64,000 nt of DNA from an uncultured Gammaproteobacteria bacterium (GCA_964646995.1 CAZYIF010000010.1:4133-68132); one strand, 5' to 3'; counted from the first letter of the stretch, positions 8,652 to 20,956 are shown. Numbers and translations are program-made. Notes: a model not told the origin generated them from the letters alone.

Positions 8652-11372
8652 TTGTTACGGAACATACAGATGACTACATCAACACACACATCACCCTTTA
8701 TTCTGGTAGACGGTTCGTCTTATTTATTTAGGGCTTATCATGCCTTGCCTCCACTCACCACGCAACAAGGTGAGCCGACTGGCGCTATCTATGGCATGCT
8801 CAACATGCTACGCAAATTATTACACGATTATCAGCCAGAGCACATAGCGGTGATCTTCGATAGCAAAGGCAAAACCTTTCGCCATGCATTATATCCCGAC
8901 TACAAAGGCAACCGTCCTACCATGGCCGATGATCTGGCCGTACAAATAGCACCCTTGCAAGACATCATTCGCGCCTTGGGTTTGCCACTTATCTTGCAAT
9001 CCGGCGTAGAGGCCGATGATATTATCGGCACCTTAGCCTGCCAAGCTACGCGCGCCGGTATGCAAACCTTGATTGTCACCGGTGACAAAGACATGGCGCA
9101 GCTCGTCAACGAACATGTCTCTTTGCTCAACACCATGACCAATAAACGCTTGGATGTCGCCGGGGTCACCGAAAAATTTGGTGTTCCACCGCATTTAATT
9201 ATAGATTACTTAACCTTGGTGGGTGACACCGTGGATAACATCCCCGGCGTGCCCATGGTCGGCCCAAAAACAGCCGCAAAATGGCTAACGACCTTTGCCT
9301 CTCTCGATAAACTCATCGCCCACGCCGATCAAATCAGCGGTAAAGTCGGTGATAATCTGCGTGCAAGCCTACACCAATTTAGTCTGACCAAGCAATTAAC
9401 CACGATCTGTTGCGATGTACCACTGGACTACCAACCCGAACAATTGCGCATGCAGGCAAAAGACAGCGCAACCCTAATCACTGCGTATCGGCGCTTTGAA
9501 TGCAAAGCCTGGTTGGCCGAACTCCTCAACGAGACCGCAGCCGACGCATCCCCTCCCGCAGAACATCCCGTGCAATACAGCATCGTAACGGATGAGACCA
9601 CGTTTATACGCTGGCTAGAGCGTTTAGCTAACAGTACGCTTTTTGCGTTTGATACAGAAACCACGAGTCTGGATTACATGCAAGCAGAACTGGTTGGGGT
9701 TTCGTTTGCGATCACCGCACAAGAAGCGGCTTATGTACCCGTTGGCCACGATTATCCCCAGGCACCGCCGCAACTTGCGCGTGAGTTTGTATTGGCAAAG
9801 CTAAAACCCTTACTGGAAAACCCCGCACTTGCTAAGGTAGGTCAAAACCTTAAATTTGATATGAGCGTGTTAGCCAATTACGGTATCACGCTACAAGGCA
9901 TTGCCTTTGACACCATGCTAGAATCTTATGTGCTACACAGCACGACCACGCGCCACGACATGGATTCCTTAGCCTCCACGTATTTACACTATCAAACGAC
10001 TACCTACGAAGATATCGCGGGCAAAGGCGCCAAACAACGTAGCTGTAATGCCATCGATGTCGCTGTCGTTGGTCCGTACGCAGCAGAAGATGCCGACATC
10101 ACCTTACGACTGCACCAACATCTGTGGCCGCTGCTATGCCAAGAAAAAAAATTAGCGGCGGTTTTTACCACGCTAGAACTGCCACTTATTCCGATTTTGT
10201 CGCGCATGGAACGCACCGGCGTATTGCTCAACACCGCGATGCTGCAACAGCACAGCCAAGAGCTCGCCCACAAACTCGCTGCCCTAGAACACGCCGTGTA
10301 TGACTTAGCCGGCGAAGCCTTTAACTTGGCGTCACCTAAACAATTACAAGAAATTTTATTCATTAAACACGGTTTGCCTGTCCTCAAAAAAACGCCCGGC
10401 GGACAAGCGTCTACGGCAGAAGACGTATTGCAAGAACTCAGCTTCGATTACCCGATCGCTAAGCTACTGGTAGAATATCGCAGCTTAAGCAAACTCAAAT
10501 CGACGTATACCGATCGCCTGCCTACACAAGTACACCCTAAGACAGGCCGCGTACATACCTCCTACCACCAAGCGATCACCGCCACCGGACGCTTATCCTC
10601 CAGTGAACCGAACTTACAAAATATTCCCATTCGCACCGAACAAGGCCGCCGCATCCGTCAAGCCTTTATTGCCAAACCGGGTTATTGTTTAGTGGCTGCC
10701 GACTATTCACAAATCGAATTGCGCATCATGGCGCATTTATCCCAAGATGCCGGATTGCTTGCCGCCTTCGCGCAAGGCCTGGATATACACCGCGCTACCG
10801 CCGCTGACGTATTTGACAGCACCCCCGCACAGGTCACGCCCGAACAACGACGCAGCGCCAAAGCCATTAATTTTGGTTTGATCTACGGCATGTCAGCGTT
10901 TGGTTTGGCCAAACAACTCGGCATAGATCGCATGGCGGCGCAACACTACGTTGATTTGTATTTTCAGCGTTACCCCGGCGTCAAACACTACATGGAAACC
11001 ACGCGCGCGACAGCACACGATCAAGGCTTTGTCGAAACGATCATGGGCCGTCGTCTCTATCTTCCCGAAATCAACGCGCGGAATGTGCAACGCCAAAAGG
11101 CCGCTGAACGCACCGCCATTAACGCACCCATGCAAGGCAGCGCCGCGGACATCATTAAACAAGCCATGTTAGCCTGTGATGCGTGGCTACAACGCGATCC
11201 CATTGGGAATATGGTAATGCAAGTACACGACGAACTCGTCTTTGAAATAGAGACGACACAGCTGACACGCGCACTGCCCATCATCAAACAGCTGATGGAA
11301 CAGAGCGCCGAACTAGCCGTGCCGCTAGTCGTGGAAATTGGCCATGGCAATAACTGGGACGAAGCGCATTGA
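8652..11372 (+). CDS. polA: DNA polymerase I
   Basis: 906-aa ORF carrying the 5' nuclease, 3'-5' exonuclease and polymerase domains. Motif A DYSQIELRIMAHLS, motif B RRSAKAINFGLIYG, motif C QVHDELVFE. The start may be the Met at 8670 (MTTSTH...). Confidence 0.95.
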   Translation: MLRNIQMTTSTHTSPFILVDGSSYLFRAYHALPPLTTQQGEPTGAIYGMLNMLRKLLHDYQPEHIAVIFDSKGKTFRHALYPDYKGNRPTMADDLAVQIAPLQDIIRALGLPLILQSGVEADDIIGTLACQATRAGMQTLIVTGDKDMAQLVNEHVSLLNTMTNKRLDVAGVTEKFGVPPHLIIDYLTLVGDTVDNIPGVPMVGPKTAAKWLTTFASLDKLIAHADQISGKVGDNLRASLHQFSLTKQLTTICCDVPLDYQPEQLRMQAKDSATLITAYRRFECKAWLAELLNETAADASPPAEHPVQYSIVTDETTFIRWLERLANSTLFAFDTETTSLDYMQAELVGVSFAITAQEAAYVPVGHDYPQAPPQLAREFVLAKLKPLLENPALAKVGQNLKFDMSVLANYGITLQGIAFDTMLESYVLHSTTTRHDMDSLASTYLHYQTTTYEDIAGKGAKQRSCNAIDVAVVGPYAAEDADITLRLHQHLWPLLCQEKKLAAVFTTLELPLIPILSRMERTGVLLNTAMLQQHSQELAHKLAALEHAVYDLAGEAFNLASPKQLQEILFIKHGLPVLKKTPGGQASTAEDVLQELSFDYPIAKLLVEYRSLSKLKSTYTDRLPTQVHPKTGRVHTSYHQAITATGRLSSSEPNLQNIPIRTEQGRRIRQAFIAKPGYCLVAADYSQIELRIMAHLSQDAGLLAAFAQGLDIHRATAADVFDSTPAQVTPEQRRSAKAINFGLIYGMSAFGLAKQLGIDRMAAQHYVDLYFQRYPGVKHYMETTRATAHDQGFVETIMGRRLYLPEINARNVQRQKAAERTAINAPMQGSAADIIKQAMLACDAWLQRDPIGNMVMQVHDELVFEIETTQLTRALPIIKQLMEQSAELAVPLVVEIGHGNNWDEAH

Positions 11373-11374
11373 CG

Positions 11375-12379
11375 CTACGCGCGCATCATCGCCAAGCTGG
11401 TATCTAACATACGATTGGAAAAACCCCATTCGTTGTCGTACCAACTCAAGACTTTGACCAAACGGCCCAATACTTTCGTTTGGGTAGCATCAAAAATCGA
11501 AGACGCGGGATGATGATTGAAATCCACGGAAACTAACGGCTCTTCGTTGTAGAACAAAATCCCTTGCAGTGCGCCCTGCGCCGCCGCTTTAAGTGCCTGA
11601 TTAATTTCCTGCACATCCGTGTCACGCTGCGCCTGTAGTGTTAAATCAACAACCGACACATTGTTGGTTGGCACGCGCATCGCGAAGCCATCTAAACGAC
11701 CATTGAGTTCCGGTAAAACTAAACCTACTGCTGCGGCAGCGCCCGTCTTCGTCGGAATCATCGATTGCGTCGCTGAGCGTGCGCGACGTAAGTCGCTGTG
11801 CGCGGTATCTAATAACTTTTGATCGTTGGTATACGCATGTATCGTGGTCATCAGCCCATGTGCAATGCCTACCTTGTCATGCAACACTTTGGCAATCGGT
11901 GCTAAGCAATTGGTAGTGCACGATGCATTAGACACGATGCAGTCACTGGCCTTGAGTACAGCGTGATTAACACCGTAAACAATCGTTGCATCCGCGTCAT
12001 CTGCGGGCGCTGAAATCAAGACCTTTTTTGCACCTGCCTGCAGATGCGCGCTGGCTTTGCTACGACTCGTAAAAATGCCACTACATTCATACACGACATC
12101 AACAGCCAGATCACGCCACGGTAATTTACTCGGATCACGTTCAGCAAGAATCGCTATCGTTTGCCCGTTAACTTGCATGTGCTGATCGATCAATTCGACG
12201 TGCCCCGGGAAACGACCAAACGTACTGTCATACCGCGTCAAGTGCACATTGGTTTGAATATCCGCCAAATCATTGATGGCGACGATATGAATTTCTTGCT
12301 GCCGTGCTGCCTCATGCACTGCACGCAAAATATTACGTCCAATGCGACCATACCCATTGATTGCCACGCGGATTGCCAT
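11375..12379 (-). CDS. gap: glyceraldehyde-3-phosphate dehydrogenase
   Basis: [23 protein letters not shown]-binding N-terminus. Active-site SCTTNCLAP. Confidence 0.95.
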   Translation of the reverse strand: MAIRVAINGYGRIGRNILRAVHEAARQQEIHIVAINDLADIQTNVHLTRYDSTFGRFPGHVELIDQHMQVNGQTIAILAERDPSKLPWRDLAVDVVYECSGIFTSRSKASAHLQAGAKKVLISAPADDADATIVYGVNHAVLKASDCIVSNASCTTNCLAPIAKVLHDKVGIAHGLMTTIHAYTNDQKLLDTAHSDLRRARSATQSMIPTKTGAAAAVGLVLPELNGRLDGFAMRVPTNNVSVVDLTLQAQRDTDVQEINQALKAAAQGALQGILFYNEEPLVSVDFNHHPASSIFDATQTKVLGRLVKVLSWYDNEWGFSNRMLDTSLAMMRA

Positions 12380-12392
12380 GTGATTCCCCTCT

Positions 12393-14396
12393 TTAATCAG
12401 CCAATAAAACCAATGCTTGCGCCACGATATTTTCTACGCTAAAGCCCAAATAAGCAAACACCTGTGGTGCTGGCGCTGACTCACCAAACCGATCCAAGCC
12501 GACCACACACCCATTTAAGCCCACGTACTTATACCATATGTCACTGACCCCGGCCTCCACCGCCATACGCTTAGTGATAGCCGCTGGTAACACCGCAGCA
12601 CGGTACGCCGCGTCTTGCTGCGCGAACACCTCAACCGATGGCATGGAGACAACACGCACGCCATACCCTTGCAGCGTCAACCGCTCGGCCGCAGCACACG
12701 CCAGTGCGACTTCTGATCCCGTGGCCATGATGATGAGCTGCACCGCTGCACTGTCACGCAGAATGTAACCACCCCGACTGACCTGTGCCAAGGTCATCGC
12801 GCTACGTGCTTGATACGGCAATGCCTGCCGCGATAACAACAAACACGTGGGGCCTCGCTGATTTTCCACCGCATGACGCCAAGCTACCGCCGTTTCCACG
12901 CTATCACAAGGACGCCAAACCGTCACATTCGGTGTAACACGCAACATCGCAATGTGCTCTACCGGTTGGTGCGTAGGACCATCTTCGCCTAAACCAATCG
13001 AGTCGTGGGTCAAAACAAAGATCACACGTTGTTGCATCAACGCCGCCATGCGCACCGCATTACGCGCGTAATCCACAAACGTTAAAAACGTGCCGCCGTA
13101 CGGAATGAATCCACCGTGCAACGCCAACCCATTCATGATCGCCGCCATCGCAAATTCACGCACCCCGTAATGCACGTAATTTCCCGCCTGCTCACGCGAT
13201 AGCGCTGTGTGTCCCGGGGCAAAGGTGCAATTGGATTCGCTCAAATCCGCCGAACCGCCCAATAATTCAGGTAATACCGGCAATAACGCCTGTAAGCAGT
13301 GTAGCGACGCTTTACGCGTGGCAACGGTTTCTTGCTTCGCATAGGTATCCTGCACCAATTGCTCTATTTGCGCATTCCACTCCGCGGGCAACTGTCCCTG
13401 CATACGTCGTAATAATTCGTCAGCCAACGCCGGATACGCGTCACGGTACGCGTTAAATTGCGTTTGCCACGCCTGTTCGCGCGCGGCACCTACGCTACAC
13501 GCATCCCATGCACTGGCCACGGCAGCGGGGATCGAAAACGGCGCTAAATCCCACCCCAGTGCCTGCTTCGCAGCGCGACTTTCTGCGGCGCCCAATGGGG
13601 CGCCGTGCACTTTTGCACTGCCCGCCGCTTGCGGCGCGCCGTAACCTATGACCGTTTTACAACACAATAAACTGGGCCGCGCAGTCTCTGCCTGGGCCGC
13701 TATGAACGCGTGACGTATCGCCTCCGCGTCGTGTCCATCCACCGTTAATACCTGCCATCCGTACGCCGTGAAGCGTTGCGCGACGTCTTCGCTAAACCAA
13801 CCGCTGGTTGGCCCATCGATGGAAATGCCGTTGTCATCCCAACAGGCAATCAACTTGCCTAAGCCTAAGGTACCCGCCAAAGAACAGGCTTCGTGTGAAA
13901 TACCTTCCATGAGGCAACCATCGCCCAAAAACACATAGGTATGATGATCGATGACCGTGTGCGACGGGCGATTAAACGCCTGCGCCAGACTGCGCTCGGC
14001 TAGCGCCATACCGACGGCATTCGCGAGACCTTGTCCCAACGGACCCGTCGTCGTTTCCACACCAGGAGTTACGTGATATTCCGGATGACCCGGTGTTTTG
14101 CTGTGTAGCTGGCGAAAATGGCGTAAGTCTTCGAGACTTAACGCATAACCGGTCAAATGCAGCAGGGCGTATAGCAGCATAGAACCGTGGCCATTTGACA
14201 GCACAAAGCGATCGCGATTAAGCCAATGGGGATTGCGCGGATTATGGCGCAAGAAATCACCCCACAGCACTTGTGCAATATCTGCCATACCCATGGGCAT
14301 ACCTGGGTGTCCCGATTGCGCTTGCTCGGTCGCATCGATGGCAAGCACACGTAAGGCATTAGCAAGCAGTTGGCGATTCGTCATGTTTTCTCTCAA
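12393..14396 (-). CDS. tkt: transketolase
   Basis: 667 aa. ThDP-binding [27 protein letters not shown], and a C-terminal TK domain. The start may be the internal [11 protein letters not shown] at 14384. Confidence 0.95.
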   Translation of the reverse strand: MRENMTNRQLLANALRVLAIDATEQAQSGHPGMPMGMADIAQVLWGDFLRHNPRNPHWLNRDRFVLSNGHGSMLLYALLHLTGYALSLEDLRHFRQLHSKTPGHPEYHVTPGVETTTGPLGQGLANAVGMALAERSLAQAFNRPSHTVIDHHTYVFLGDGCLMEGISHEACSLAGTLGLGKLIACWDDNGISIDGPTSGWFSEDVAQRFTAYGWQVLTVDGHDAEAIRHAFIAAQAETARPSLLCCKTVIGYGAPQAAGSAKVHGAPLGAAESRAAKQALGWDLAPFSIPAAVASAWDACSVGAAREQAWQTQFNAYRDAYPALADELLRRMQGQLPAEWNAQIEQLVQDTYAKQETVATRKASLHCLQALLPVLPELLGGSADLSESNCTFAPGHTALSREQAGNYVHYGVREFAMAAIMNGLALHGGFIPYGGTFLTFVDYARNAVRMAALMQQRVIFVLTHDSIGLGEDGPTHQPVEHIAMLRVTPNVTVWRPCDSVETAVAWRHAVENQRGPTCLLLSRQALPYQARSAMTLAQVSRGGYILRDSAAVQLIIMATGSEVALACAAAERLTLQGYGVRVVSMPSVEVFAQQDAAYRAAVLPAAITKRMAVEAGVSDIWYKYVGLNGCVVGLDRFGESAPAPQVFAYLGFSVENIVAQALVLLAD

Positions 14397-14467
14397 TAGC
14401 AGCCGTGAGGTGCGAATTATGCCACGCGGTCTCTAATCAGCCAACTAAAAAGACCGTCTTTGTAACG

Positions 14468-16510
14468 TCACGATGCATCTATACCGGCATGACGTAACAA
14501 TGCATCGATCTGTGGTGACCTCCCCCTGAATTGGGTAAACAACTCCATCGGTTCTTGTTCACCACCCCGTTCTAAAATCGTTTGCAAAAATGCACGGCCT
14601 ACCTCTGGATTAAACAAACCTTCTTCTTCAAAACGTGCAAAGGCATCGCTCGCCAAAACTTCTGCCCATTTATAACTGTAGTAACCCGCCGCATATCCTC
14701 CGGCAAAAATATGCGAAAAGCTATGTTGAAAACGGTTATACGCCGGAGGCAGCAATACCGCGACCTGCTGCCGCACCGCAGCCAGTGTTTGTTCGATCCA
14801 TGCGCTAGTGATGGTATCTACATCGCTTACCGAATGGATCTGCATATCAAACAGTGCAAATTCTAATTGTCTTAACATATGCATAGCCGATTGAAAGTTA
14901 CGTGATGCCAACAAGCGCTCAATCATCACCTGCGGTAACGTCTCTCCCGTTTGATAATGCGCCGAAATCAACGGCAACACCTCGGCTTGCCAACACCATT
15001 GTTCGTGAAACTGACTGGGTAGTTCTACCGCATCCCAAGGCACACCATTAATACCCGATACCTGTGGGTAATCCACCGCCGTTAACATGTGATGTAAGCC
15101 ATGGCCAAACTCATGAAACAAAGTCACCACCTCATCGTGCGTCAATAATGCAGGTGCATCACCTGTAGGCGGCGCAAAATTACAATTTAATAAAGCAATC
15201 GGTATCTGTACGGTATGATCTTGACGTAAACGTCGCGCGCGACATTCATCCATCCACGCACCACCGCGTTTGTGCGGTCTTGCATATAAATCCATGTAAA
15301 ATTGCGCACGCAAGGTTCCGTCTTTGTCCGTCACATGGAAAAAGCGTACACTGTCATGCCAGACAGTTGTATTGACGTGTTCGGTGATGGTGACGCCATA
15401 CAAACGCTGCGTCAGCGTAAATAACCCATCCAGTACGGTGGGCATGGGAAAATAAGGGCGTAACTCTTCTTCGGCAATGGCGTATTGCGTTTGCCGCAAG
15501 CGTTCACTGTAAAAAGCCACATCCCATGCTTGCAACGGTCCTTCTAATCCTTGTTGCCGTGCGAAATCCGTCAACTGTTGCAGCTCTTGTAGCGCACGTG
15601 GCTTAGCGCGGGTCACCAGTTGCTGTAAAAAATCGTGGATTTGCTGCGGTTGCTTTACCATTTTTTTCTGCACCGAACACGCCGCATGATGTGGATACCC
15701 CAGCAAACGTGCCAACTGTAAGCGATGTCGTAGAATATCCACCATAACAGGACCATTATCCCAACGCGCCGACGCTTGATCCGATGCACGTGTGACATAA
15801 GCACTGTACATCTGCTCTCGCAGATTACGATCGGTGGCATAGGTTAATATCGCGTGGTAACACGGAAAATTCAATCCCAACAGATAACCACTGTGACCTT
15901 TGCTATGCGCAAACTCAGCAGCGGCTACTTGGGTGAGTTCAGGCACACCCGCTAACTGTTGTGCGCTCACAGGCAACTGCCAAGCATCGGTTGCATCCAA
16001 TACGTTATCCTCAAAGGTGCTACATAAACGCGATAGCTCCTGGGATAATTTACTGAAAACCGCACGTTGATCCGTGTTTAAGGCAATTCCCGATAAGGTA
16101 AAATCAAGCAAACTGTTGTTGATGCTGGTGCGTTGTGCACGGGTAAGTGCTGCAAAAGTAGGACTCTTGGCAATACGCTGGCATGCTTGATATAAGCCAT
16201 CATGCTGACCTAGCACCAAATTATATTCGGTAAGCTGCGGCAAACACGCATTATGTGCCTCACGTAAGGCAGGTGTGCTCACCACCGCATTCAAATGCCC
16301 GACGCAAGACCACGCCTCATGCAAACGATTGTCTAACTCTTCCAACGGCGCAATCGTGTTTTCCCAGGTAGGCTCTGCAGCCAAAAGTAATTGTTCTATA
16401 CGCGCTAGGTTATCCGCCAACACGTATTTTATTGCGGGCTGCACCTGCTCCGGCGTAATGCCTGCGAAATCAGGCACGTCAGAAAATCCATCCAGTAAAA
16501 GGTTCTGCAT
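14468..16510 (-). CDS. prlC: oligopeptidase A (M3 family zinc metallopeptidase)
   Basis: 680 aa. HEFGHGLHHMLT zinc-binding HExxH motif, with the downstream Glu in the expected context. Confidence 0.9.
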   Translation of the reverse strand: MQNLLLDGFSDVPDFAGITPEQVQPAIKYVLADNLARIEQLLLAAEPTWENTIAPLEELDNRLHEAWSCVGHLNAVVSTPALREAHNACLPQLTEYNLVLGQHDGLYQACQRIAKSPTFAALTRAQRTSINNSLLDFTLSGIALNTDQRAVFSKLSQELSRLCSTFEDNVLDATDAWQLPVSAQQLAGVPELTQVAAAEFAHSKGHSGYLLGLNFPCYHAILTYATDRNLREQMYSAYVTRASDQASARWDNGPVMVDILRHRLQLARLLGYPHHAACSVQKKMVKQPQQIHDFLQQLVTRAKPRALQELQQLTDFARQQGLEGPLQAWDVAFYSERLRQTQYAIAEEELRPYFPMPTVLDGLFTLTQRLYGVTITEHVNTTVWHDSVRFFHVTDKDGTLRAQFYMDLYARPHKRGGAWMDECRARRLRQDHTVQIPIALLNCNFAPPTGDAPALLTHDEVVTLFHEFGHGLHHMLTAVDYPQVSGINGVPWDAVELPSQFHEQWCWQAEVLPLISAHYQTGETLPQVMIERLLASRNFQSAMHMLRQLEFALFDMQIHSVSDVDTITSAWIEQTLAAVRQQVAVLLPPAYNRFQHSFSHIFAGGYAAGYYSYKWAEVLASDAFARFEEEGLFNPEVGRAFLQTILERGGEQEPMELFTQFRGRSPQIDALLRHAGIDAS

Positions 16511-16574
16511 CGTTTGTTACTCCCTATCCTAAAGTTCAGCAACTCGGTCGCTTGCGACAGATTGCTGCAGCATT

Positions 16575-16680
16575 GCGCATTAACCGACAATCTCATCGGC
16601 TATCATACCCAATAGCACGGAATAAATATGCTTTTTCCTGCATAGCTTATCCATTGCTTACGCATTAACCGACAACGCAC
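16575..16680. repeat. direct repeat acgcattaaccgacaa (2 copies about 88 bp apart) in the prlC/DMT divergent promoter region
   Basis: ttgcgcattaaccgacaatctcatcgg at about 16571 and cttacgcattaaccgacaacgcaccgg at about 16658. A third partial copy, acgcattaaacacg, lies at about 16822. Confidence 0.35.
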
Positions 16681-16870
16681 CGGCGTTGCCAAACCCGTTG
16701 GCCTGCGTTGTTTAAGCAACACCATCCTATACCGTAACGCATGCATTTTAAGGGGACGCCAAAAAATAAGACTTGCTCCTGTAGCACGCCGCATTATCCG
16801 CCAATTGAGCTTGCATGACACGCATTAAACACGTAATAATCGCGGGTCTCTTATCGTCAAAGGATATGTT

Positions 16871-17776
16871 GTGAAACATACAACTGTAATGCCTTATGTT
16901 TACCTGTGTGTGGCACAGTGCATGATCGGTATCAACATCGTGTGTGCTAAGGTATTGCTGGCGGAGTCTCCGATGTTTTTTATTATCAGTGCACGCTTTA
17001 CACTGGCAACTTTACTGTTGTGGCTATTGCATGTCGCATCGCGGCCTGGACGCATTCCATTACGCCAACAGTTAAATCAACTCAGCACACGAGACTGGCT
17101 CTTCCTCAGCGCGCAAGGTTTGTGTGCAGGCATTTTATTTAATTCCCTCTTCTTATTCGGCTTGCACTACACCGACGCCAATATAGCGGGCATTATTACC
17201 GGCGCATTACCCGCCATCATCATTTTAATGTCCCTGTTTTTTTTGCGGGAACGCTTAACCTACACTAGTCTATATTGCATGCTGCTTACGCTGATCGGTT
17301 TACTTTTTATTAATTTACACCCCAATACACAATTCCATCATCTACTGGGGAATAGTCTTATTTTACTCGCGCTATTGCCTGAGGCAGGTTATTACGTACT
17401 CGTCAAAATGCACCGCACAAAAATTCCTGTCTTACTAGAAGCGACCATTTTGCATGCCATCAATTTGCCCGTCTCGTGGCTATTGCTGTATGCTTACACC
17501 GATTTATCTACGCTGCATGTTTCCTTTAAATTTGGCATAATCACCACGCTAATGAGTGCCTCTTCGGCGGTGTTTTATGTGTTATGGAGCATGGGGCAAC
17601 ACAGTGTCAGTGGCACCACCTCCGGCTTGCTGACGGCGATTATGCCGGTTAGCACCGTGGTGATTGCATGGACTGCCTTGCACGAAACCATCAGTAGCAC
17701 CCAATGCATGGGTATGCTGTTTGTGCTCGCCGCTATTGCATGGCATGCACTGCCTACACGAGAACCACAGAAATAA
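16871..17776 (+). CDS. EamA/DMT-superfamily transporter (10 TM)
   Basis: 301 aa, very hydrophobic. Two duplicated 5-TM halves typical of the drug/metabolite transporter family. GTG start in the track. Confidence 0.65.
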   Translation: MKHTTVMPYVYLCVAQCMIGINIVCAKVLLAESPMFFIISARFTLATLLLWLLHVASRPGRIPLRQQLNQLSTRDWLFLSAQGLCAGILFNSLFLFGLHYTDANIAGIITGALPAIIILMSLFFLRERLTYTSLYCMLLTLIGLLFINLHPNTQFHHLLGNSLILLALLPEAGYYVLVKMHRTKIPVLLEATILHAINLPVSWLLLYAYTDLSTLHVSFKFGIITTLMSASSAVFYVLWSMGQHSVSGTTSGLLTAIMPVSTVVIAWTALHETISSTQCMGMLFVLAAIAWHALPTREPQK

Positions 17777-17859
17777 CGAAACAACTCACCACGAAAGTGG
17801 ATGCGCTGTTTTCTTTACCGGTACCACAACGGGCCGGTAAAATTCGCGAGAGGTAGAAC

Positions 17860-18393
17860 ATGACTATTCGCACCTTTAAGGATAAAACACCGATACTTGC
17901 TGCCGGGGTTTACGTGGACGCCTGCGCACTGGTACAAGGTGATGTTGTAATCAACACACACAGTTCCGTGTGGCCGATGGCCAGCATTCGCGGTGACGTG
18001 AATCCCATTCGTATTGGCGCCTACAGCAACATACAAGACAACTGCACCCTGCACGTCACCCACGACAGTCACTACCATCCACAAGGTGCCCACTTGCAGA
18101 TTGGCGATTACGTGACGGTAGGACATCACGTCGTACTGCATGGTTGCACCGTTCACGACTATTGCCTCATCGGCATGGGCAGTATTGTTCTCGATCATGC
18201 GATCATTGAGAGTGGCACCTTGTTAGGCGCTGGCAGCTTGGTCCCAGCACGTCAGATATTAGACGGCGGATTTTTGTGGGTAGGTCGCCCTGCACGGAAA
18301 GTGCGTGCGCTCACCCCGGAAGAAACAGCGTTTTTACGTTATTCTGCGTTGTCCTATGTTAAGTTGAAAGAGGACTATAGCGCTAGCGAATAA
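17860..18393 (+). CDS. gamma-class carbonic anhydrase-like / hexapeptide-repeat protein (YrdA/PaaY family)
   Basis: Left-handed beta-helix hexapeptide repeats (IGAYSNIQDNCTLHV, IGDYVTVGHHVVLHGCTV). His ligands are in the gamma-CA arrangement. Confidence 0.75.
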   Translation: MTIRTFKDKTPILAAGVYVDACALVQGDVVINTHSSVWPMASIRGDVNPIRIGAYSNIQDNCTLHVTHDSHYHPQGAHLQIGDYVTVGHHVVLHGCTVHDYCLIGMGSIVLDHAIIESGTLLGAGSLVPARQILDGGFLWVGRPARKVRALTPEETAFLRYSALSYVKLKEDYSASE

Positions 18394-18429
18394 ACGCAAT
18401 AAAGATGCGGTATCGCATTTCGAGCACGC

Positions 18430-19065
18430 CTAGTCCACACGCTTTTGTGCACACACGAGGTGCCGTGCCTCATTCAGCAATGGAACATCTAACATCACCA
18501 CTTGTTGTAAACGAAATGACGCGGGTAATGTAGCCAATTCCTGCTGTGGGTAGACGCCTTTCATCGCTAAAAATCGGCTGTTTTTATCCCCCAGATGTTG
18601 CGTGGCATGCAGCCACGCCGATAAATCGGAAAACGCACGACTGAGTATATCCGTTGCCGGTTGCTGCGGCGTATAGGCTTCCACCCGACCATGCATGACT
18701 TGCACCTGCGGCAACGCCAATTGCTGAGTAACCGTCTGCAGGAAACGAATTTTTTTTATATTGCTATCTAGCAATACAAACGCGCGTTCAGGCATGACTA
18801 TCGCTAAGGGGATCCCCGGTAATCCCGCACCGGTACCCACGTCGATGATCCGCGTACCTTGCACATAGGGCAAAATGGATAAACTATCCAACAGGTGTTT
18901 CACCACCATCTGCTGTCTATCGCGTATGGCCGTTAAATTATAGACTCTATTCCATTTCTCTAATAACGTCAGGTAGTGCAACAACTGCTGCTGTTGTTGT
19001 GCCGTTACCTGCAACTGCAATTGCTGCAATCCATGCGCGAGCGACGCTGCAAGATCAGCTGTCAC
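18430..19065 (-). CDS. rsmG: 16S rRNA (guanine527-N7)-methyltransferase
   Basis: 211 aa. SAM motif [17 protein letters not shown]. Located immediately downstream of mnmG, as is canonical. Confidence 0.9.
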   Translation of the reverse strand: MTADLAASLAHGLQQLQLQVTAQQQQQLLHYLTLLEKWNRVYNLTAIRDRQQMVVKHLLDSLSILPYVQGTRIIDVGTGAGLPGIPLAIVMPERAFVLLDSNIKKIRFLQTVTQQLALPQVQVMHGRVEAYTPQQPATDILSRAFSDLSAWLHATQHLGDKNSRFLAMKGVYPQQELATLPASFRLQQVVMLDVPLLNEARHLVCAQKRVD

Positions 19066-20956
19066 TGCCTACTCCCACGGGAGCACTACGGTGTTTTTTT
19101 AAATACACCAACAACAAAGAAACCGTCGCTGGCGTAATGCCCTGCATGCGACTCGCCATGCCAAGCGTGGCAGGTTTGCTGCGTTGCAGTTTTTCACGCG
19201 CCTCGGCCGATAAACCAGAGACTTGCTGATAATCAAAATCAACCGGGATGCGCGTATTCTCATTGCGCCGATGGCGTAAAATTTCTTCATCTTGACGTAG
19301 CACGTAACCCGCATATTTTGCTTGAATTTCCACTTGTTGGGCCGCAATCTTGTCATCCAAGCCAGGGCCTACACCGTCGTTTTGCATTAAGGTCTGATAC
19401 GACAAATCTGGTCTACGCAACAAATCCCATGCCGTATGCTCTTTGTGTAAAGGTTGTTGTAAACTCAGCCCTATGCCGCGTGCAGCAACGCTATCAGGCT
19501 GTATCCATAGTGTGGCTAAACGTTCCGTCTCTGCGCTCACCGCATCACGTTTAGTCGCAAACGCACGCCAACGCGTGTCGTCTACCAAACCCAACGCGCG
19601 CCCGACTTCGGTTAAGCGTATATCCGCGTTGTCTTCACGCAATGACAAACGATACTCCGCGCGACTGGTAAACATACGATAGGGTTCCTGCGCACCTTGC
19701 ATCAGTAAATCATCAACGAGCACGCCAAGATAGGCTTGTTCGCGGCGTGGATACCAACCTTCTTTATCTTGCGCGCGCAACGCGGCGTTCAGTCCCGCTA
19801 ACAAACCTTGCGCCGCGGCTTCCTCGTATCCGGTGGTCCCGTTAATTTGTCCCGCAAAAAACAAACCGCTGATCCAGCTTGTTTCTAAGGTAGGCCGTAG
19901 ATCGCGCGGATCAAAAAAATCGTATTCTATCGCGTAACCGGGTCGCGTAATGTGCGCGTGCGCAAAACCATCGATAGAGCGCACCAACGCTACTTGCACG
20001 TCAAAAGGTAAACTGGTTGAAATGCCGTTGGGATACACTTCACGCGTCGTCAAGCCTTCGGGCTCAATAAAAATTTGATGGCGGGTCTTATCGGCAAAAC
20101 GTACGACCTTATCCTCTATCGAAGGGCAATAGCGTGGTCCAACACCCGCAATATTACCACTGTACATAGGTGAGCGATCCAAATTCGCCTGAATGATGGC
20201 GTGGGTAGCGGCATTGGTATACGCAATATGGCAACTTCGCTGCGCAGGGTGCTCCGCCACATTACCCAAAAAAGAAAACACCGGCACCGGACTATCGCCG
20301 GGTTGCTCGATTAAATTCGTGTAATCAATGCTACTACCGTCTATGCGCGGTGGGGTGCCGGTCTTGAGCCTGGCCACGCGAAACGGCAACGCGCGCAGAC
20401 GCTGAGCCAAGCGATTGGACGGTGGATCGCCCGCTCTGCCGCCTTGATAATTGTTCAGGCCGATATGAATCTGTCCCCCTAAAAAAGTTCCCGCTGCCAA
20501 CACGACCGCCTTTGCTCTAATCGCAACACCGATGCGTGTCAACACGCCGCAAATGCGCTCGTTCTCTACCATGAAATCATCCACTTCTTGTTGCAACAGA
20601 GTCAGCTGTGGTTGATTTTCTAATGCCGTACGAATGGCTTGTTTGTATAACACACGATCGGCTTGCGCACGGGTAGCACGCACTGCCGCACCCTTACTCG
20701 CATTCAAAATACGAAAATGAATACCCGCCCGATCCGCTGCGTGCGCCATCACGCCACCCAAGGCATCGATCTCTTTGACTAAGTGCCCTTTGCCTATCCC
20801 TCCTATCGAAGGATTACACGACATTTGGCCCAAGGTCTCGATGCTGTGCGTCAGCAATAAGGTACTAGCCCCCATGCGTGCAGCAGCCAACGCTGCTTCC
20901 GTTCCCGCATGCCCACCACCGACGACGATGACATCATAAATTTTTTCAATATTCAT
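19055..20956 (-). CDS. mnmG: tRNA uridine 5-carboxymethylaminomethyl modification enzyme MnmG (GidA)
   Basis: 633 aa. FAD-binding N-terminus [23 protein letters not shown]. Full-length GidA-like. Confidence 0.95.
   Translation of the reverse strand: MNIEKIYDVIVVGGGHAGTEAALAAARMGASTLLLTHSIETLGQMSCNPSIGGIGKGHLVKEIDALGGVMAHAADRAGIHFRILNASKGAAVRATRAQADRVLYKQAIRTALENQPQLTLLQQEVDDFMVENERICGVLTRIGVAIRAKAVVLAAGTFLGGQIHIGLNNYQGGRAGDPPSNRLAQRLRALPFRVARLKTGTPPRIDGSSIDYTNLIEQPGDSPVPVFSFLGNVAEHPAQRSCHIAYTNAATHAIIQANLDRSPMYSGNIAGVGPRYCPSIEDKVVRFADKTRHQIFIEPEGLTTREVYPNGISTSLPFDVQVALVRSIDGFAHAHITRPGYAIEYDFFDPRDLRPTLETSWISGLFFAGQINGTTGYEEAAAQGLLAGLNAALRAQDKEGWYPRREQAYLGVLVDDLLMQGAQEPYRMFTSRAEYRLSLREDNADIRLTEVGRALGLVDDTRWRAFATKRDAVSAETERLATLWIQPDSVAARGIGLSLQQPLHKEHTAWDLLRRPDLSYQTLMQNDGVGPGLDDKIAAQQVEIQAKYAGYVLRQDEEILRHRRNENTRIPVDFDYQQVSGLSAEAREKLQRSKPATLGMASRMQGITPATVSLLLVYLKKHRSAPVGVGSDS

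Noticed and set aside
8900-11350. Multiple 70-130-aa minus- or plus-strand ORFs inside polA (for example 8900..9169, 10004..10387, 11057..11350)
   Set aside because: They lie inside the polA coding region in other frames or on the other strand, with no independent support.
17815-18198. 127-aa minus-strand ORF
   Set aside because: Antisense to the well-supported gamma-CA-like gene. His/Val-rich translation typical of a shadow ORF.
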